From Candidatus Poribacteria bacterium (GTDB taxonomy: Bacteria; Poribacteria; WGA-4E; WGA-3G), in assembly GCA_964291315.2 (NCBI GenBank), contig OZ219753.1:672001-736000 (forward strand): a stretch of 64,000 bases of DNA, written 5' to 3'. Position 1 is the stretch's first letter; each line of letters begins with the position of its first letter. Under the pieces are notes generated by a model, which ran no database searches, was not told the DNA's origin, and was given only the letters and a program-made list of their open reading frames with translations. Positions 1 to 9,811 of the stretch are shown one piece after another. Both the position numbers and the translations under genes were made by a program.

Positions 1-14
1 CATCGGGAGATCTC

Positions 15-1487
15 ATGAGTACACATAAATTGCCGAATATTGTTTTCATCATGGCAGACGACATGGGATACGGTGATGTCGGCTGTTACAACCCGTTGTC
101 AAAGATTCCTACGCCTAATATGGATAGACTTGCTCGAGAAGGAATTCGTTTCACTGATGCCCATTCTCCTTCTGCTGTTTGTACGCCGACACGATATGGC
201 GTTTTAACTGGACGCTACTGCTGGCGGAGTCGACTTAAACACGGCGTGCTATATGGGTACGAACCACCGCTTATCGAACGCGAGCGTCTGACGGTTGCCG
301 GACTCCTAAAGGATGCTGGTTATAACACCGCTTGTATTGGCAAATGGCATTTAGGGCTTGAATTTTCAACGCACTCCAGCTACGACTTCGATTTCAGTGC
401 CCCGCTCCCTTGGCAGAACGCAGAACGTGAATTGGAAGAACATATCGACTTCACTGCCCCGCTCACTGGTGGTCCCATCGATCTCGGTTTCGACTATTTT
501 TATGGAAACGCTGGGTGCCCAACATGCCAGCCCCCTTACGGGTTCATTGAGAACGATACTTTTATCGACATTCCAAGTGTCTATCATAACGTTCCAGAGT
601 TCACGAGTCGCCCTGGAATGATGGTTCCAGGGTGGCATCATAAGGATGCCGATCCGATTATTGCACAGAGAGCCGTTGAGTATATTGAAGGACAAGCCGA
701 CGCGGATGCCCCGTTTTTTTTGTACCTGACTCCTTCAGCACCGCATGAACCTTGCACAGAGGCGGTTGTTCCAGACTTTGCACGCGGTCAAAGCAGGGCT
801 GGGCCCCGCGGTGATCTTGTGTGGCTTGTGGATTGGATGGTAGGAGAGGTAATGGACGTCTTAGAGCGGACCGGTAAAACTGAGGAGACGCTACTCTTCG
901 TCACAAGTGATAACGGTGCTCTGCCCGGTGATCGAATTCAAGGCGATAATAGTCCCATGCCGTATCATCTCTACAATCACAAGTCATGCGGTGCTTGGCG
1001 TGGTTACAAAGCGCATATCTGGGAAGGCGGGCACCGCGAACCTTTGATTGCACGTTGGCCCGGTGTTATTGCACCGAATACCGAGACCGATGCTCTGATG
1101 TGTCTCACAGATCTTATGGCAACATGTGCAGCTATCGTCGGATCAGAAATCCCTGAAACCGCTGGGCAGGACAGTTGTAACATTTTATCTACACTATTAG
1201 GTGAGGAGACAGAACATCTGTTGCGATCGGCTATTGTGCATCACTCAAGCACCGGCGCTTTCTCTATTCGGCACGACGCTTGGAAACTGATTCTGGGAAC
1301 GCAAGGTTCAGGTGGATGGCCCCCACCTCGTGATGGTGGCCCTGATCCGAGCGGTCCCGGTCAATTGTATCATATCTACGATGACCCAGGTGAAACGAAC
1401 AATGTTTGGGAAACATATCCGGCAATTGTGGAAGGGCTGGCCGCGTTGCTGGTGACATTTGAGCGGGAGGGGCACAGCCGGATGTGA
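15..1487 (+). CDS. Arylsulfatase (sulfatase S1 family)
   Basis: PNIVFIMADDMG N-terminus, formylglycine motif CTPTR, GKWHLG, SDNG and GGHREP motifs. Confidence 0.93.
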   Translation: MSTHKLPNIVFIMADDMGYGDVGCYNPLSKIPTPNMDRLAREGIRFTDAHSPSAVCTPTRYGVLTGRYCWRSRLKHGVLYGYEPPLIERERLTVAGLLKDAGYNTACIGKWHLGLEFSTHSSYDFDFSAPLPWQNAERELEEHIDFTAPLTGGPIDLGFDYFYGNAGCPTCQPPYGFIENDTFIDIPSVYHNVPEFTSRPGMMVPGWHHKDADPIIAQRAVEYIEGQADADAPFFLYLTPSAPHEPCTEAVVPDFARGQSRAGPRGDLVWLVDWMVGEVMDVLERTGKTEETLLFVTSDNGALPGDRIQGDNSPMPYHLYNHKSCGAWRGYKAHIWEGGHREPLIARWPGVIAPNTETDALMCLTDLMATCAAIVGSEIPETAGQDSCNILSTLLGEETEHLLRSAIVHHSSTGAFSIRHDAWKLILGTQGSGGWPPPRDGGPDPSGPGQLYHIYDDPGETNNVWETYPAIVEGLAALLVTFEREGHSRM

Positions 1488-1664
1488 GCAGCTGAAAACG
1501 GAGAGCATATAGCTGTACAACTATTCCTCGAAAACCACCTTCCTTGATACATATTTTCGTCTGGTTTTTAGATTCCGGATGTGTTATAATGATGTTTGTA
1601 TGCCGAAGTTTTCTATGATAAACGGTGCAACTTGAGTGCTGAGATAAAAAAGGAATGTTTTGTA

Positions 1665-2615
1665 ATGAAGCAGATAGAAATTCCCGGAATCAATAAAGAT
1701 ATTTCACAACTGATCCTGGGGACCATGATGTTTTCCCCGTTGAAATTTGACTACAGCACCGAGATGCTAGATGCTTTTTTTGCAGCCGGTGGAAATGCGC
1801 TCGACACAGCTCACGGTTATGGTGGCGGCGATAGCGAGATGCTCATTGGACTTTGGATGCGGCAACGCAACAACCGTGACGATGTTTTTCTTATTGATAA
1901 AGGTGGGCATCCACAAGTTAAGGTTCCACGTCCGCGTCTCTCTCCTGAAGAACTAAAAGCCGATCTTGATGAAAGTATTGCACGGCTCCGGACTGATTAT
2001 ATAGACCTCTACATGCTCCATCGGGATGATCCTGTGATTCCGGTCAGCACAATCATCGACTATTTGAATGAAGAAATAGGTGCTGGACACCTTCGTGCTA
2101 TTGCTGCCTCTAACTGGCAGCCGCAGCGTATCATTGAGGCTAACACCTACGCGGCGGAAAACGGACTTGCTGGGTTTGTCGCTTGCAGCAACAACATTAG
2201 TCTAGCTGTGCCGAGGGAGCCGATGTGGGCAGGTTGTGTTTGCGTTGATGATGCTGCACGCAAATGGCATAACGAAAGTCAGTTTCCATTGATGCCGTGG
2301 TCTTCACAAGCACGAGGTTTTTTCAGCGGGGCATTTACACAAGAGAATCCCAAAGACCGCGATATGGTACGCGTTTACTATAACGATAACAACTTTGAAA
2401 GGCTTGAACGCGCAAAAGAATTGGGAGTGAAGTCTGGCTACTCTGCTATTCAAGTATCTCTAGCGTATTGCCTAAATCTTTCTTTTCCTGTTTTGCCGGT
2501 TGTTGGCCCTTTGAATCTAACAGAAATGGAATCTTCCGTCGGCGCGGCTGCACTTAAACTTGATAATGCTGAGATGCAATGGCTTAACTTAGAAACGGAG
2601 AAAAACCCACTATGA
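1665..2615 (+). CDS. Aldo/keto reductase
   Basis: LDTAHGYG, LRTDYIDLYMLHRDD and SNW motifs; ATG at 1665 after AAGGA preferred over upstream TTG at 1596. Confidence 0.9.
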   Translation: MKQIEIPGINKDISQLILGTMMFSPLKFDYSTEMLDAFFAAGGNALDTAHGYGGGDSEMLIGLWMRQRNNRDDVFLIDKGGHPQVKVPRPRLSPEELKADLDESIARLRTDYIDLYMLHRDDPVIPVSTIIDYLNEEIGAGHLRAIAASNWQPQRIIEANTYAAENGLAGFVACSNNISLAVPREPMWAGCVCVDDAARKWHNESQFPLMPWSSQARGFFSGAFTQENPKDRDMVRVYYNDNNFERLERAKELGVKSGYSAIQVSLAYCLNLSFPVLPVVGPLNLTEMESSVGAAALKLDNAEMQWLNLETEKNPL

Positions 2616-3697
2616 TGGTTCGGGTCCTTTTGCTACTGATTTGTCTCCAATTCATCAGTCTCTCGGTCGCCTTTGCTCAAGAAAGCTGAGGGGCCTGAAG
2701 CAACCCTGCAATCCCGCGTGGCGGGATCGGGTTAAGTGAAGTCAGTTTGACTTCAGAAAAGATGAAACGGTTCGAGGGGACATTCAGTATGATGGGGTGG
2801 TTTGATGCACAAGGCGGACACTTGGAAAAAAAAGGGATTTCCGCCGCCGGGCAAGTCATAGATGTGCCGTTGCATCGACACCATGTTACCCTAAACATTT
2901 TTCGCGTTGATGTTGGACTAAAATACCACTTTAATTTGCAGTGGATGCTTGAAGCAAATATCCCGTACGAAGTCAAAGCCCAAGAGGCGACTATTGAGGA
3001 AATTGAGCCTGTTTCCGACGCTCAACTCGAAGCGATTATACGTAATCGAGACAACCATCATCGAAATGAGACCTACACGGGGCCCACGGACACAGATGTT
3101 TTTTTGGGATATCGGACGTCAAGCGTTTTGATGGCAGATGATTTCTTAGTGGGGCGTATCGGAACAACAGTCCCATTCGGCAAAACCGAAGAAGACCCCT
3201 GGAAATTAGGAGATGCTGGTCTTGAGCATCTCCATATTCAGTTTGGCACTGGGACCTTTAATCCGGTCGCGGATTTACATTACGGTGTCCCGATCTACAA
3301 CGGACTCAGAGCAAATGGCAGTATCCGCGGGAAGTTTCCATTCTATGAAAATAACAAAACTTATCGTGGTTCCAGAGTGTTTACCTACACAGCAGGGCTG
3401 AGTTATCGTCTCAATGCTTGGCTTTCGTTTCAAACAGGTTATCTCGGATTTTATCAATCTTACGCGTATTGGGCAGGCGAACAGGACATCAATACAGGGA
3501 TCCGCTTCAGCATGGCATCCGTGGGGGCATTGGTTGCAACACCTTACGATATTCCAGTATCTCTGACACTGATGTTGCCTTTGAGCCAAGAAACGCTCTA
3601 TGATGACACGGCTGCCCTGTTAGAAGGGGTATATGACGAGAGCGATGCTTTCGAATTTGGTCCCTTAGTATCTCTCACCGTCTTTTATGCATTTTAG
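2612..3697 (+). CDS. Putative double-selenocysteine (UxxU) exported / outer-membrane beta-barrel-like protein
   Basis: ATG 2612 overlaps the upstream stop (ATGA). Reads MMVRVLLLLICLQFISLSVAFAQES-TGA-GA-TGA-SNPAIP in frame with ORF 2747-3697. Signal peptide ends AFA, a SECIS-like hairpin follows, and the protein ends in Phe (VFYAF). Confidence 0.75.
2702..2733 (+). promoter_or_regulatory. Candidate bacterial SECIS element for TGA 2687-2689 and TGA 2696-2698
   Basis: ATCCCGC-GTG-GCGGGAT perfect 7-bp stem with a G-first loop, plus outer AACCC/GGGTT pairing; loop lies ~20 and ~29 nt 3' of the two TGAs. Confidence 0.7.
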
Positions 3698-3739
3698 CAT
3701 CAGAGGAACGTTATACTTATAGGGCATTAAGAAAAATTG

Positions 3740-5875
3740 ATGAGAATCAAATTGCCGAATTTTTCAATGCGATACTTCGTAATTCTAACGTTGGCTATTG
3801 TCTGTATTGGTTGCGGGGTTCCAAACAATCCATATCCGAAGTCTGAACAGAACGAGGCTATCTATTATGATACGTTTCGTGCGGAGCCAAAGCATTTTGA
3901 TCCTGCAGTGTCCTACAGTTCGGACGAATATAGATTCCTCCAGCAAATTTATGAGCCGCCGCTACAGTATCATTACCTAAAGCGTCCGTACGAGTTAGTG
4001 TCGTTGACGGCTGAAACTATACCGCAACCTCAATATTTCGATGCTGCTGGGGCCCCGTTGTCATCCGATGCACCAGCGTCGTCCGTTGCGCGCGCTGTGT
4101 ATGAGATCCGTATTCGTCCGGGCATCATGTATCAGCCCCATCCGTGTTTCGCAAAAACCGAAAGTGGGGAGTGGCGTTATCGCGATCTGACAGCAGTAGA
4201 TGTGAAGGGTTTTACCCAAGTTAAAGATTTCCTGATGACAGGGACGCGTGAACTTATCGCCGCGGATTATGTTTATCAGATTAAACGCATGGCAGACCCA
4301 AAGGTCTCCTGTCCTATTCTCAGCACGTTGCAAGATTATATAGTTGGTATGGAAGCGTATGCTAATGCCGTTTCTGATGGTGAGGCTGATCATCCTTTCC
4401 CGGGCGTAGAAGTCGTGGATCGGTATACTTATAAAATTGTTCTCAAGGCGAAATATCCTCAGTTCGTGTACTGGTTAGCAATGCCCTTCTTCGCCCCAAT
4501 GCCTCATGAGGCAATTGATTTTTACGCTCAACCTGTTGTGAAAGAACGGAACATTACAATTGATAGATTTCCCGTAGGAACCGGTGCCTATCGGATAGAA
4601 ACACTTATCTCACATAAGGAGATAGTACTCGTCAAAAACGAAAACTTTCGGGTCGAACACTACCCGTCAAGCGGGGAAGCTGTGGATAGAGAAAACGGAC
4701 TTTTGGACGATGCCCGGGAAATCATTCCGTTTATACCGAAAGCTGTCTACAAATTAGAAAAAGAATATATTCCGCGTTGGAATAAATTCTTACAAGGTTA
4801 TTACGACATCTCCGGCATCTCCTCAGATACGTTTGATAGTGCGGTCGTTTTCAGCGATACCGGAAGTCCGTCAGCGAGCGAAGCATTGGGAACGAAAGGG
4901 ATAATTTTACGGACTAACATAGAACCGACGACCCTCTATTTAGCCTTTAATATGCTTGATGATACTGTTGGCGGGTATACTGATAAGAAACAGAAACTCC
5001 GTCAGGCGATTTCGATTGCTATTAATTATGAAGAGTACATTGAAATTTTTCTGAATGGACGCGGTATAATCTCACACAGTCCGATTCCGCCGGGTATCTT
5101 TGGTTACGAAGCCGATGAGATCGGTATTAATCCTTATATGTACGATTGGGATGAGGAGAGGAAGCATCCAGCTCGCAAATCTATTGAAGTAGCACGTAAA
5201 CTTCTCGCGGAAGCGGGGTATCCGGGGGGACAGGATAGTAAGGGTAACCCTCTTGTCATATCTTTCGACAATACATGGAACACGGCTGGTGCCACGGCTG
5301 CTTTAACGTGGATGCGGAACAAGTTAGAACAGCTCGGAATTACCATGGAAAGTCGTACTACTGACTATAATCGTTTTCGAGATAAGGTAAAGAACGGGAA
5401 TTTTCAGATGATCTTTTGGGGATGGCATGCTGACTACCCCGACGCGGAGAATTTTATGTTCCTTCTCTATGGTCCGAACAGCAAGGCCCGACACGATGGG
5501 GAGAACGCTGCTAATTATGACAACCCAGAATTCGATCGTCTCTTTGAAGAGATGAAAAATATGACAAATTCGCCAGAACGCTTGGCGATCATCCGAAAGA
5601 TGAAGCGCCTGCTGCAACAAGATGCCCCTTGGGTTTTTACCTATCATCCTGTTGATTTTGATTTGTCACACGAATGGCTAAAAAACAATAAACCGAGTTC
5701 CATGGGGACGAGAGCGCTAAAATATCTTCGTGTTGATGCAACGCAACGGGCGGAAAACCGTCAAGAGTGGAATCGGCCTATTCTCTGGCCTCTATGGTTA
5801 TGTGCTGCATTCCTTATTTTAGGGACGGTTCCTGCTATCATGACGATTTGGAAACAGGAACGAGGCAAGTCGTAA
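3740..5875 (+). CDS. ABC transporter substrate-binding protein, family 5 (OppA/DppA-like), with C-terminal TM anchor
   Basis: Lipobox-like IGC, HFDPA, PVGTGAY, GWHADYPDAENF, NYDNPEFDRL; hydrophobic C-terminus. Confidence 0.9.
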   Translation: MRIKLPNFSMRYFVILTLAIVCIGCGVPNNPYPKSEQNEAIYYDTFRAEPKHFDPAVSYSSDEYRFLQQIYEPPLQYHYLKRPYELVSLTAETIPQPQYFDAAGAPLSSDAPASSVARAVYEIRIRPGIMYQPHPCFAKTESGEWRYRDLTAVDVKGFTQVKDFLMTGTRELIAADYVYQIKRMADPKVSCPILSTLQDYIVGMEAYANAVSDGEADHPFPGVEVVDRYTYKIVLKAKYPQFVYWLAMPFFAPMPHEAIDFYAQPVVKERNITIDRFPVGTGAYRIETLISHKEIVLVKNENFRVEHYPSSGEAVDRENGLLDDAREIIPFIPKAVYKLEKEYIPRWNKFLQGYYDISGISSDTFDSAVVFSDTGSPSASEALGTKGIILRTNIEPTTLYLAFNMLDDTVGGYTDKKQKLRQAISIAINYEEYIEIFLNGRGIISHSPIPPGIFGYEADEIGINPYMYDWDEERKHPARKSIEVARKLLAEAGYPGGQDSKGNPLVISFDNTWNTAGATAALTWMRNKLEQLGITMESRTTDYNRFRDKVKNGNFQMIFWGWHADYPDAENFMFLLYGPNSKARHDGENAANYDNPEFDRLFEEMKNMTNSPERLAIIRKMKRLLQQDAPWVFTYHPVDFDLSHEWLKNNKPSSMGTRALKYLRVDATQRAENRQEWNRPILWPLWLCAAFLILGTVPAIMTIWKQERGKS

Positions 5876-5926
5876 GCTGCCTATAGTCTTTATCAAACAT
5901 GAGTGGCGCAGGGCAAATGATAAAAA

Positions 5927-6907
5927 ATGCTTAGCTATATTATCCGTCGAACCCTTTACGCGATTCCAATTTTAATCGGCGTAAACCTCATTGTCTTTTT
6001 GCTTTTTTTCGTGGTGAACTCGCCTGACCAAATGGCGCGTACAATTCTCGGAGAGAAAAATATTACGCAAGAAGATGTTAATAATTGGAAAAAACAAAAC
6101 GGGTATCATCTGCCACTTTGGTTCAATGCAGAGGTATCTGGAAGCCAGCGATTTACGGAAACTATCTTCTTTCAAAAATCGTTTAAACTCTTTCTCTTTG
6201 ATTTTGGAACCTCGGATAGGAACAATATTAATATTACGTCACAAATTTCACAGCGGATGTGGGCAAGTTTCGCTATTGCACTGCCAACATTTCTACTTGG
6301 GCTCTCTGTGAATATTACCGTTTCAATGATTGTGGCTTACTATCGTGCAACTTACGTCGATTTCTGGGGCACAATCGTTGCTGTTATCCTTATGTCTGTG
6401 TCAGCGCTCTTCTATATCATTGGTGGGCAATGGATATTCGGGAAAATATTGCGCCTCTTCCCGATTTCTGGATATAATGCTGGTACCAACATGTTCAAAT
6501 TCGTAGCACTGCCTGTGATGATTGGTGTTATTAGTGGGATCGGTGTCGGAATTCGTTTCTATCGGACAATATTTCTTGAGGAGGTCAATCGGGACTATAT
6601 ACGAACGGCACGGGCAAAAGGGTTAAGTGAAGTAATAATTCTTTTTAAACATGCACTTAAGAACGCTATGATTCCGATTTTGACAAACGTTGTATCAACG
6701 ATCCCGTACCTCTTCCTCGGAAGTTTGTTGATAGAGGCATTTTTTGCAATTCCGGGATTAGGAAGTTTTCTGATCGAAGCTATTCAAGCACAAGATTTCG
6801 CAATTGTGCGGAGCATGGTGTATCTTGGGTCGGTGCTGTACATTATCAGCCTGGTTCTAACTGACATTAGTTATACTTTAGTGGATCCGCGTGTCCGATT
6901 TGAGTGA
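5927..6907 (+). CDS. Peptide/nickel ABC transporter permease (DppB/OppB-like)
   Basis: YIIRR start, EAA loop DYIRTARAKGL, KHALKNA, DISYTLVDPRVR end. Confidence 0.93.
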   Translation: MLSYIIRRTLYAIPILIGVNLIVFLLFFVVNSPDQMARTILGEKNITQEDVNNWKKQNGYHLPLWFNAEVSGSQRFTETIFFQKSFKLFLFDFGTSDRNNINITSQISQRMWASFAIALPTFLLGLSVNITVSMIVAYYRATYVDFWGTIVAVILMSVSALFYIIGGQWIFGKILRLFPISGYNAGTNMFKFVALPVMIGVISGIGVGIRFYRTIFLEEVNRDYIRTARAKGLSEVIILFKHALKNAMIPILTNVVSTIPYLFLGSLLIEAFFAIPGLGSFLIEAIQAQDFAIVRSMVYLGSVLYIISLVLTDISYTLVDPRVRFE

Positions 6908-6919
6908 GAAAAAGGAAAA

Positions 6920-7357
6920 ATGATTGTACAAAATAGGAGCTATCAAATTCTGCAAGGCGCGATGAGTCTGCTATTGGGAAGCATCAGTATTTGTTTATTG
7001 TTAACGCTCCGGCATTCAGGGTATCCGAGCATGATACTTTCCACTTTTCTGATAGTAGGGCTCACCTTGATTTTTTCGGGCGACTATCTTCTTAATCCTT
7101 TTAAATTGCCAGTCACACCGCGGAAACAGGCTTTAGCAAGTGATATTGGACTCATCGCTTACGGGGTCCTCTATTTTAGTATCGCTATGTCGAAACTCTT
7201 GCAACCACATTGGATAGTTGTTAATCTACCGGTCTTTTTACAACCGATTTGGATACGCCGCGGATTAGCTGGTGTCGGAATCGTCTTGATTGCTACGGGC
7301 GTTTACGGCATCTATCATTTATGGATAGATCCATTGCCAGAAGATCCTGCGGAATAG
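6920..7357 (+). CDS. Hypothetical integral membrane protein (about 4 TM)
   Basis: AAGGA RBS, 12 nt after the permease stop, four hydrophobic segments. Confidence 0.7.
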   Translation: MIVQNRSYQILQGAMSLLLGSISICLLLTLRHSGYPSMILSTFLIVGLTLIFSGDYLLNPFKLPVTPRKQALASDIGLIAYGVLYFSIAMSKLLQPHWIVVNLPVFLQPIWIRRGLAGVGIVLIATGVYGIYHLWIDPLPEDPAE

Positions 7358-7405
7358 CAGCGGCTTTTGTCAAGTCCGGTTAAATGTGACTGCTTTCAGT
7401 ATCTA

Positions 7406-7714
7406 CTATCTTTTGGCGATAATCACGGCATAACGGAGTGGTGTCTCACCGACGTTACGTATTCCATGTAGGACTTGACAATCGACGTGAACAGCTTCGT
7501 TATTCCTGATCCGGTGTGTCTCTTCACCAAGTAGTACTTCACCTTCTCCTGAAAACACGTAGAATATTTCTTGTCCATCGTGTGTATGGGGCGGATGTGC
7601 GCGTTGTTTGGGGCCGACTTCTGATATATGGAGGTGGAGTTGTTCTCGATCCGCACCAGATGCAAAAATAAACCTATCAATTCCTTTAATGTCGCTTCTA
7701 ATTTCTTTTTTCAT
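7406..7714 (-). CDS. Cupin domain protein
   Basis: HPPHTHDGQEIFYVFSGEG and HGIRN cupin motifs; likely start MKKEIR at 7714. Confidence 0.85.
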   Translation of the reverse strand: MKKEIRSDIKGIDRFIFASGADREQLHLHISEVGPKQRAHPPHTHDGQEIFYVFSGEGEVLLGEETHRIRNNEAVHVDCQVLHGIRNVGETPLRYAVIIAKR

Positions 7715-8276
7715 AAGAATTCTCCGTTCGCCTTTGCTTGCTAAATAGAACCTTCTAAAGCGTTTAGAGGTATGGTCTGATACTGTTTTGTGTATGAAAA
7801 AATCCTGCAGCCCTGCCTGGTTATGATTTAGGGAACCTTTTTCTCCGCCACTTAATTTTGTTAGGTGCCTTGCCTTGAAGGTTTCCATAGTTTTTTAGAT
7901 TTTCCTACTAGATCCCCAGAGTCCACCGATAGGCAAAGTCTCAGCTGCGTTTTCACTAGAGCCTTTTGCGTAGAGTAGACTACTAGTCTCTAGCGATGTG
8001 TTGTCAAACCTCGTTAGATATTTTTCAACTTTAAGAATTTTACAAGAAAAATAGTGTGTGGTCAAGAAAAATCTCAGGTGTACAACATTGGTTTATTAGA
8101 GATTGTGCTTGCCCACGGCTTAGTCTAGTTTATCGAAACTTCCGATACACCCCGGCGTACACTGGACATGTCCCTCGAATTTTATAAGACCTCTAGTCAT
8201 ATGAACGGAAGGTAGTACAACCTAACAGGTTATACTACAGAAGCTATCGCCTAGACCGCTTCTCATGAACAGAAAG

Positions 8277-8304
8277 AAGGCTGGCACGTTCATATGCCAG
8301 CCTT
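8277..8304 (-). terminator. Intrinsic terminator downstream of the hsp20 pair
   Basis: AAGGCTGGCA-8nt-TGCCAGCCTT inverted repeat with T-rich tails. Confidence 0.75.
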
Positions 8305-8331
8305 TTTGTTTGGTTTGTTTGGATAGATTGT

Positions 8332-8763
8332 TTAGGCCCCTGTGGCGACCGGGATTACGGTTGGCTTCGCCGCTTCCGGTTTCGGAATGGAGAGCATTAA
8401 CACCCCATCGCTGTATTCAGCTTTGATGTTGTCAGTCTCTACTTCCCGTGGAAGCCTGAATTTTCTTTGGAAACTGCCGTAGTGTCGTTCTATTCGACGA
8501 TAGTTCTGTGCATCATCAACCTTTTCCTGACGTTTTTCTCCGCTAAGCGTTAATATGTTATCCTTGACAGAAACATGCAGGTCGTCCTTTGTGACCCCCG
8601 GTAGCTCGGCCTGGATTTCGAAGCCCTCTTGAGTTTCAGAAATATCAACTGAAGGTGTCCATTTGTATGTTTCCTCGTCAGTACTTGTGTGATGCAGTCC
8701 AGAAGATGGCCCGTAAAACCTGAGCAGGTTTCCTACTGGTTGATGTAAAGTCAAATATGTCAT
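8332..8763 (-). CDS. Hsp20/alpha-crystallin small heat shock protein
   Basis: PSVDISET, AELPGV, RIERHYGSFQRKFRLP, AEYSDGVL. Confidence 0.95.
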   Translation of the reverse strand: MTYLTLHQPVGNLLRFYGPSSGLHHTSTDEETYKWTPSVDISETQEGFEIQAELPGVTKDDLHVSVKDNILTLSGEKRQEKVDDAQNYRRIERHYGSFQRKFRLPREVETDNIKAEYSDGVLMLSIPKPEAAKPTVIPVATGA

Positions 8764-8863
8764 TTTTAATTCTCCTTTAACATGTGGTCTTGTGTTTCGT
8801 ATATTTCTCGTATTTTGGGAGCGCCTCGCTTATTGAATACACAAACGAGGCATGTCAGCATAA

Positions 8864-9316
8864 TTAAGTATTTATCGAAATCGGAACTTCTGTTGGTTTC
8901 GCGATTTCTGCTTTCGGGATTGTTAGGGTCAGAATACCGTTTTTAAATCCCGCCTTGATGCTGGCGGTTTCGACGTGTCTCGGTAGTGTGAAACTTCTCT
9001 GGAATCTGCCGTACCATCTTTCCGCACGGTGGTAGTTTTTGCCCTCCGTTTTCTCCTCGTGACGTTTTTCGCCGTTGATGGTGAGGCGGTTGTCGGTTAC
9101 AGAAACCTTCACATCATTCTCCGACACTCCTGGGAGTTCCGCGCGAATCTCAAAGTTGGTTTCTGTTTCAGACACATCTACTACTGGCATCCAAGTGTGC
9201 TCTTCCGAATCCGTTCCACCTTCGCGAGATCCAAAAAGGTCTCCAAAGACCCGTCCCATTTCGTTGTGGAGGCTGAACAGATTTCGCATTGGTTTGCGAG
9301 TCGTTAGGTAATTCAT
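8864..9316 (-). CDS. Hsp20/alpha-crystallin small heat shock protein
   Basis: PVVDVSET, AELPGV, ERWYGRFQRSFTLP, FKNGILTLTIPK. Confidence 0.95.
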   Translation of the reverse strand: MNYLTTRKPMRNLFSLHNEMGRVFGDLFGSREGGTDSEEHTWMPVVDVSETETNFEIRAELPGVSENDVKVSVTDNRLTINGEKRHEEKTEGKNYHRAERWYGRFQRSFTLPRHVETASIKAGFKNGILTLTIPKAEIAKPTEVPISINT

Positions 9317-9353
9317 TTTTTTCTCCTTTTGATTTTATTTATATAAACGTTGT

Positions 9354-9370
9354 TGCAAATTGTGTGCCAA
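9354..9370 (-). promoter_or_regulatory. Sigma-54 (-24/-12) promoter, proximal
   Basis: Minus strand TTGGCAC-ACAAT-TTGCA matches TGGCAC-N5-TTGCW, 38 nt upstream of the hsp20 ATG. Confidence 0.8.
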
Positions 9371-9422
9371 TTTTTTTCGAGGCAATCCGAAGTCTTCGCA
9401 GATTTACTTACATATAAACAGA

Positions 9423-9439
9423 AGCAAATTGCGTGCCAA
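9423..9439 (-). promoter_or_regulatory. Sigma-54 (-24/-12) promoter, distal copy
   Basis: Minus strand TTGGCAC-GCAAT-TTGCT, a perfect consensus match. Confidence 0.75.
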
Positions 9440-9570
9440 ACTAGTTTCTACCGTTAGCTAAGCACGCCAATCCACTGTTTGTGGGTATGCTGGGTGCCTG
9501 TCTACTTAGAACGGAAACCTAAAGAGAGGTTTGAGGGAGGTCTGCGGAGGAGTTACGGACAATTTGGGTT

Positions 9571-9624
9571 TGCCACATTGACACCACCGCTGCCAATGTG
9601 GCAGTGCACGGTGTCAAAATGACT
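9571..9624. promoter_or_regulatory. Three phased palindromic sites (candidate enhancer-binding-protein UAS)
   Basis: TGCCACATTGACA (9571), TGCCAATGTGGCA (9591), TGTCAAAATGACT (9612); spacing 20 and 21 bp. Confidence 0.6.
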
Positions 9625-9811
9625 CTGATAAATCCGATATAGGTTGGCCCATTATACCGGGTAGATTTATCTTATCTTGGACTTACACTAACAGCTGCGG
9701 AAGGCGCTAAAATTGGGCAGAACATTGGTTTGGAGGATATGAGTGAAATTGAAATAAGTTGTAAATGCTATTGGAAGCATATTATAAAAGAGAAGATCAT
9801 CTGAGACTGCG

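Noticed and set aside
2687-2698. Genome-wide UGA reassignment (genetic code 4 or 25) as the explanation for in-frame TGAs
   Set aside because: Many intact genes here end in TGA (e.g. at 1487, 2615, 6907, 13887). Read-through TGAs occur only with adjacent hairpins and, in fdhF and selD, at the known Sec/Cys positions.
7715-7888. N-terminal extension of the cupin ORF, or a riboswitch upstream
   Set aside because: The extension has no domain features and a better start exists at 7714; no riboswitch consensus was recognised.
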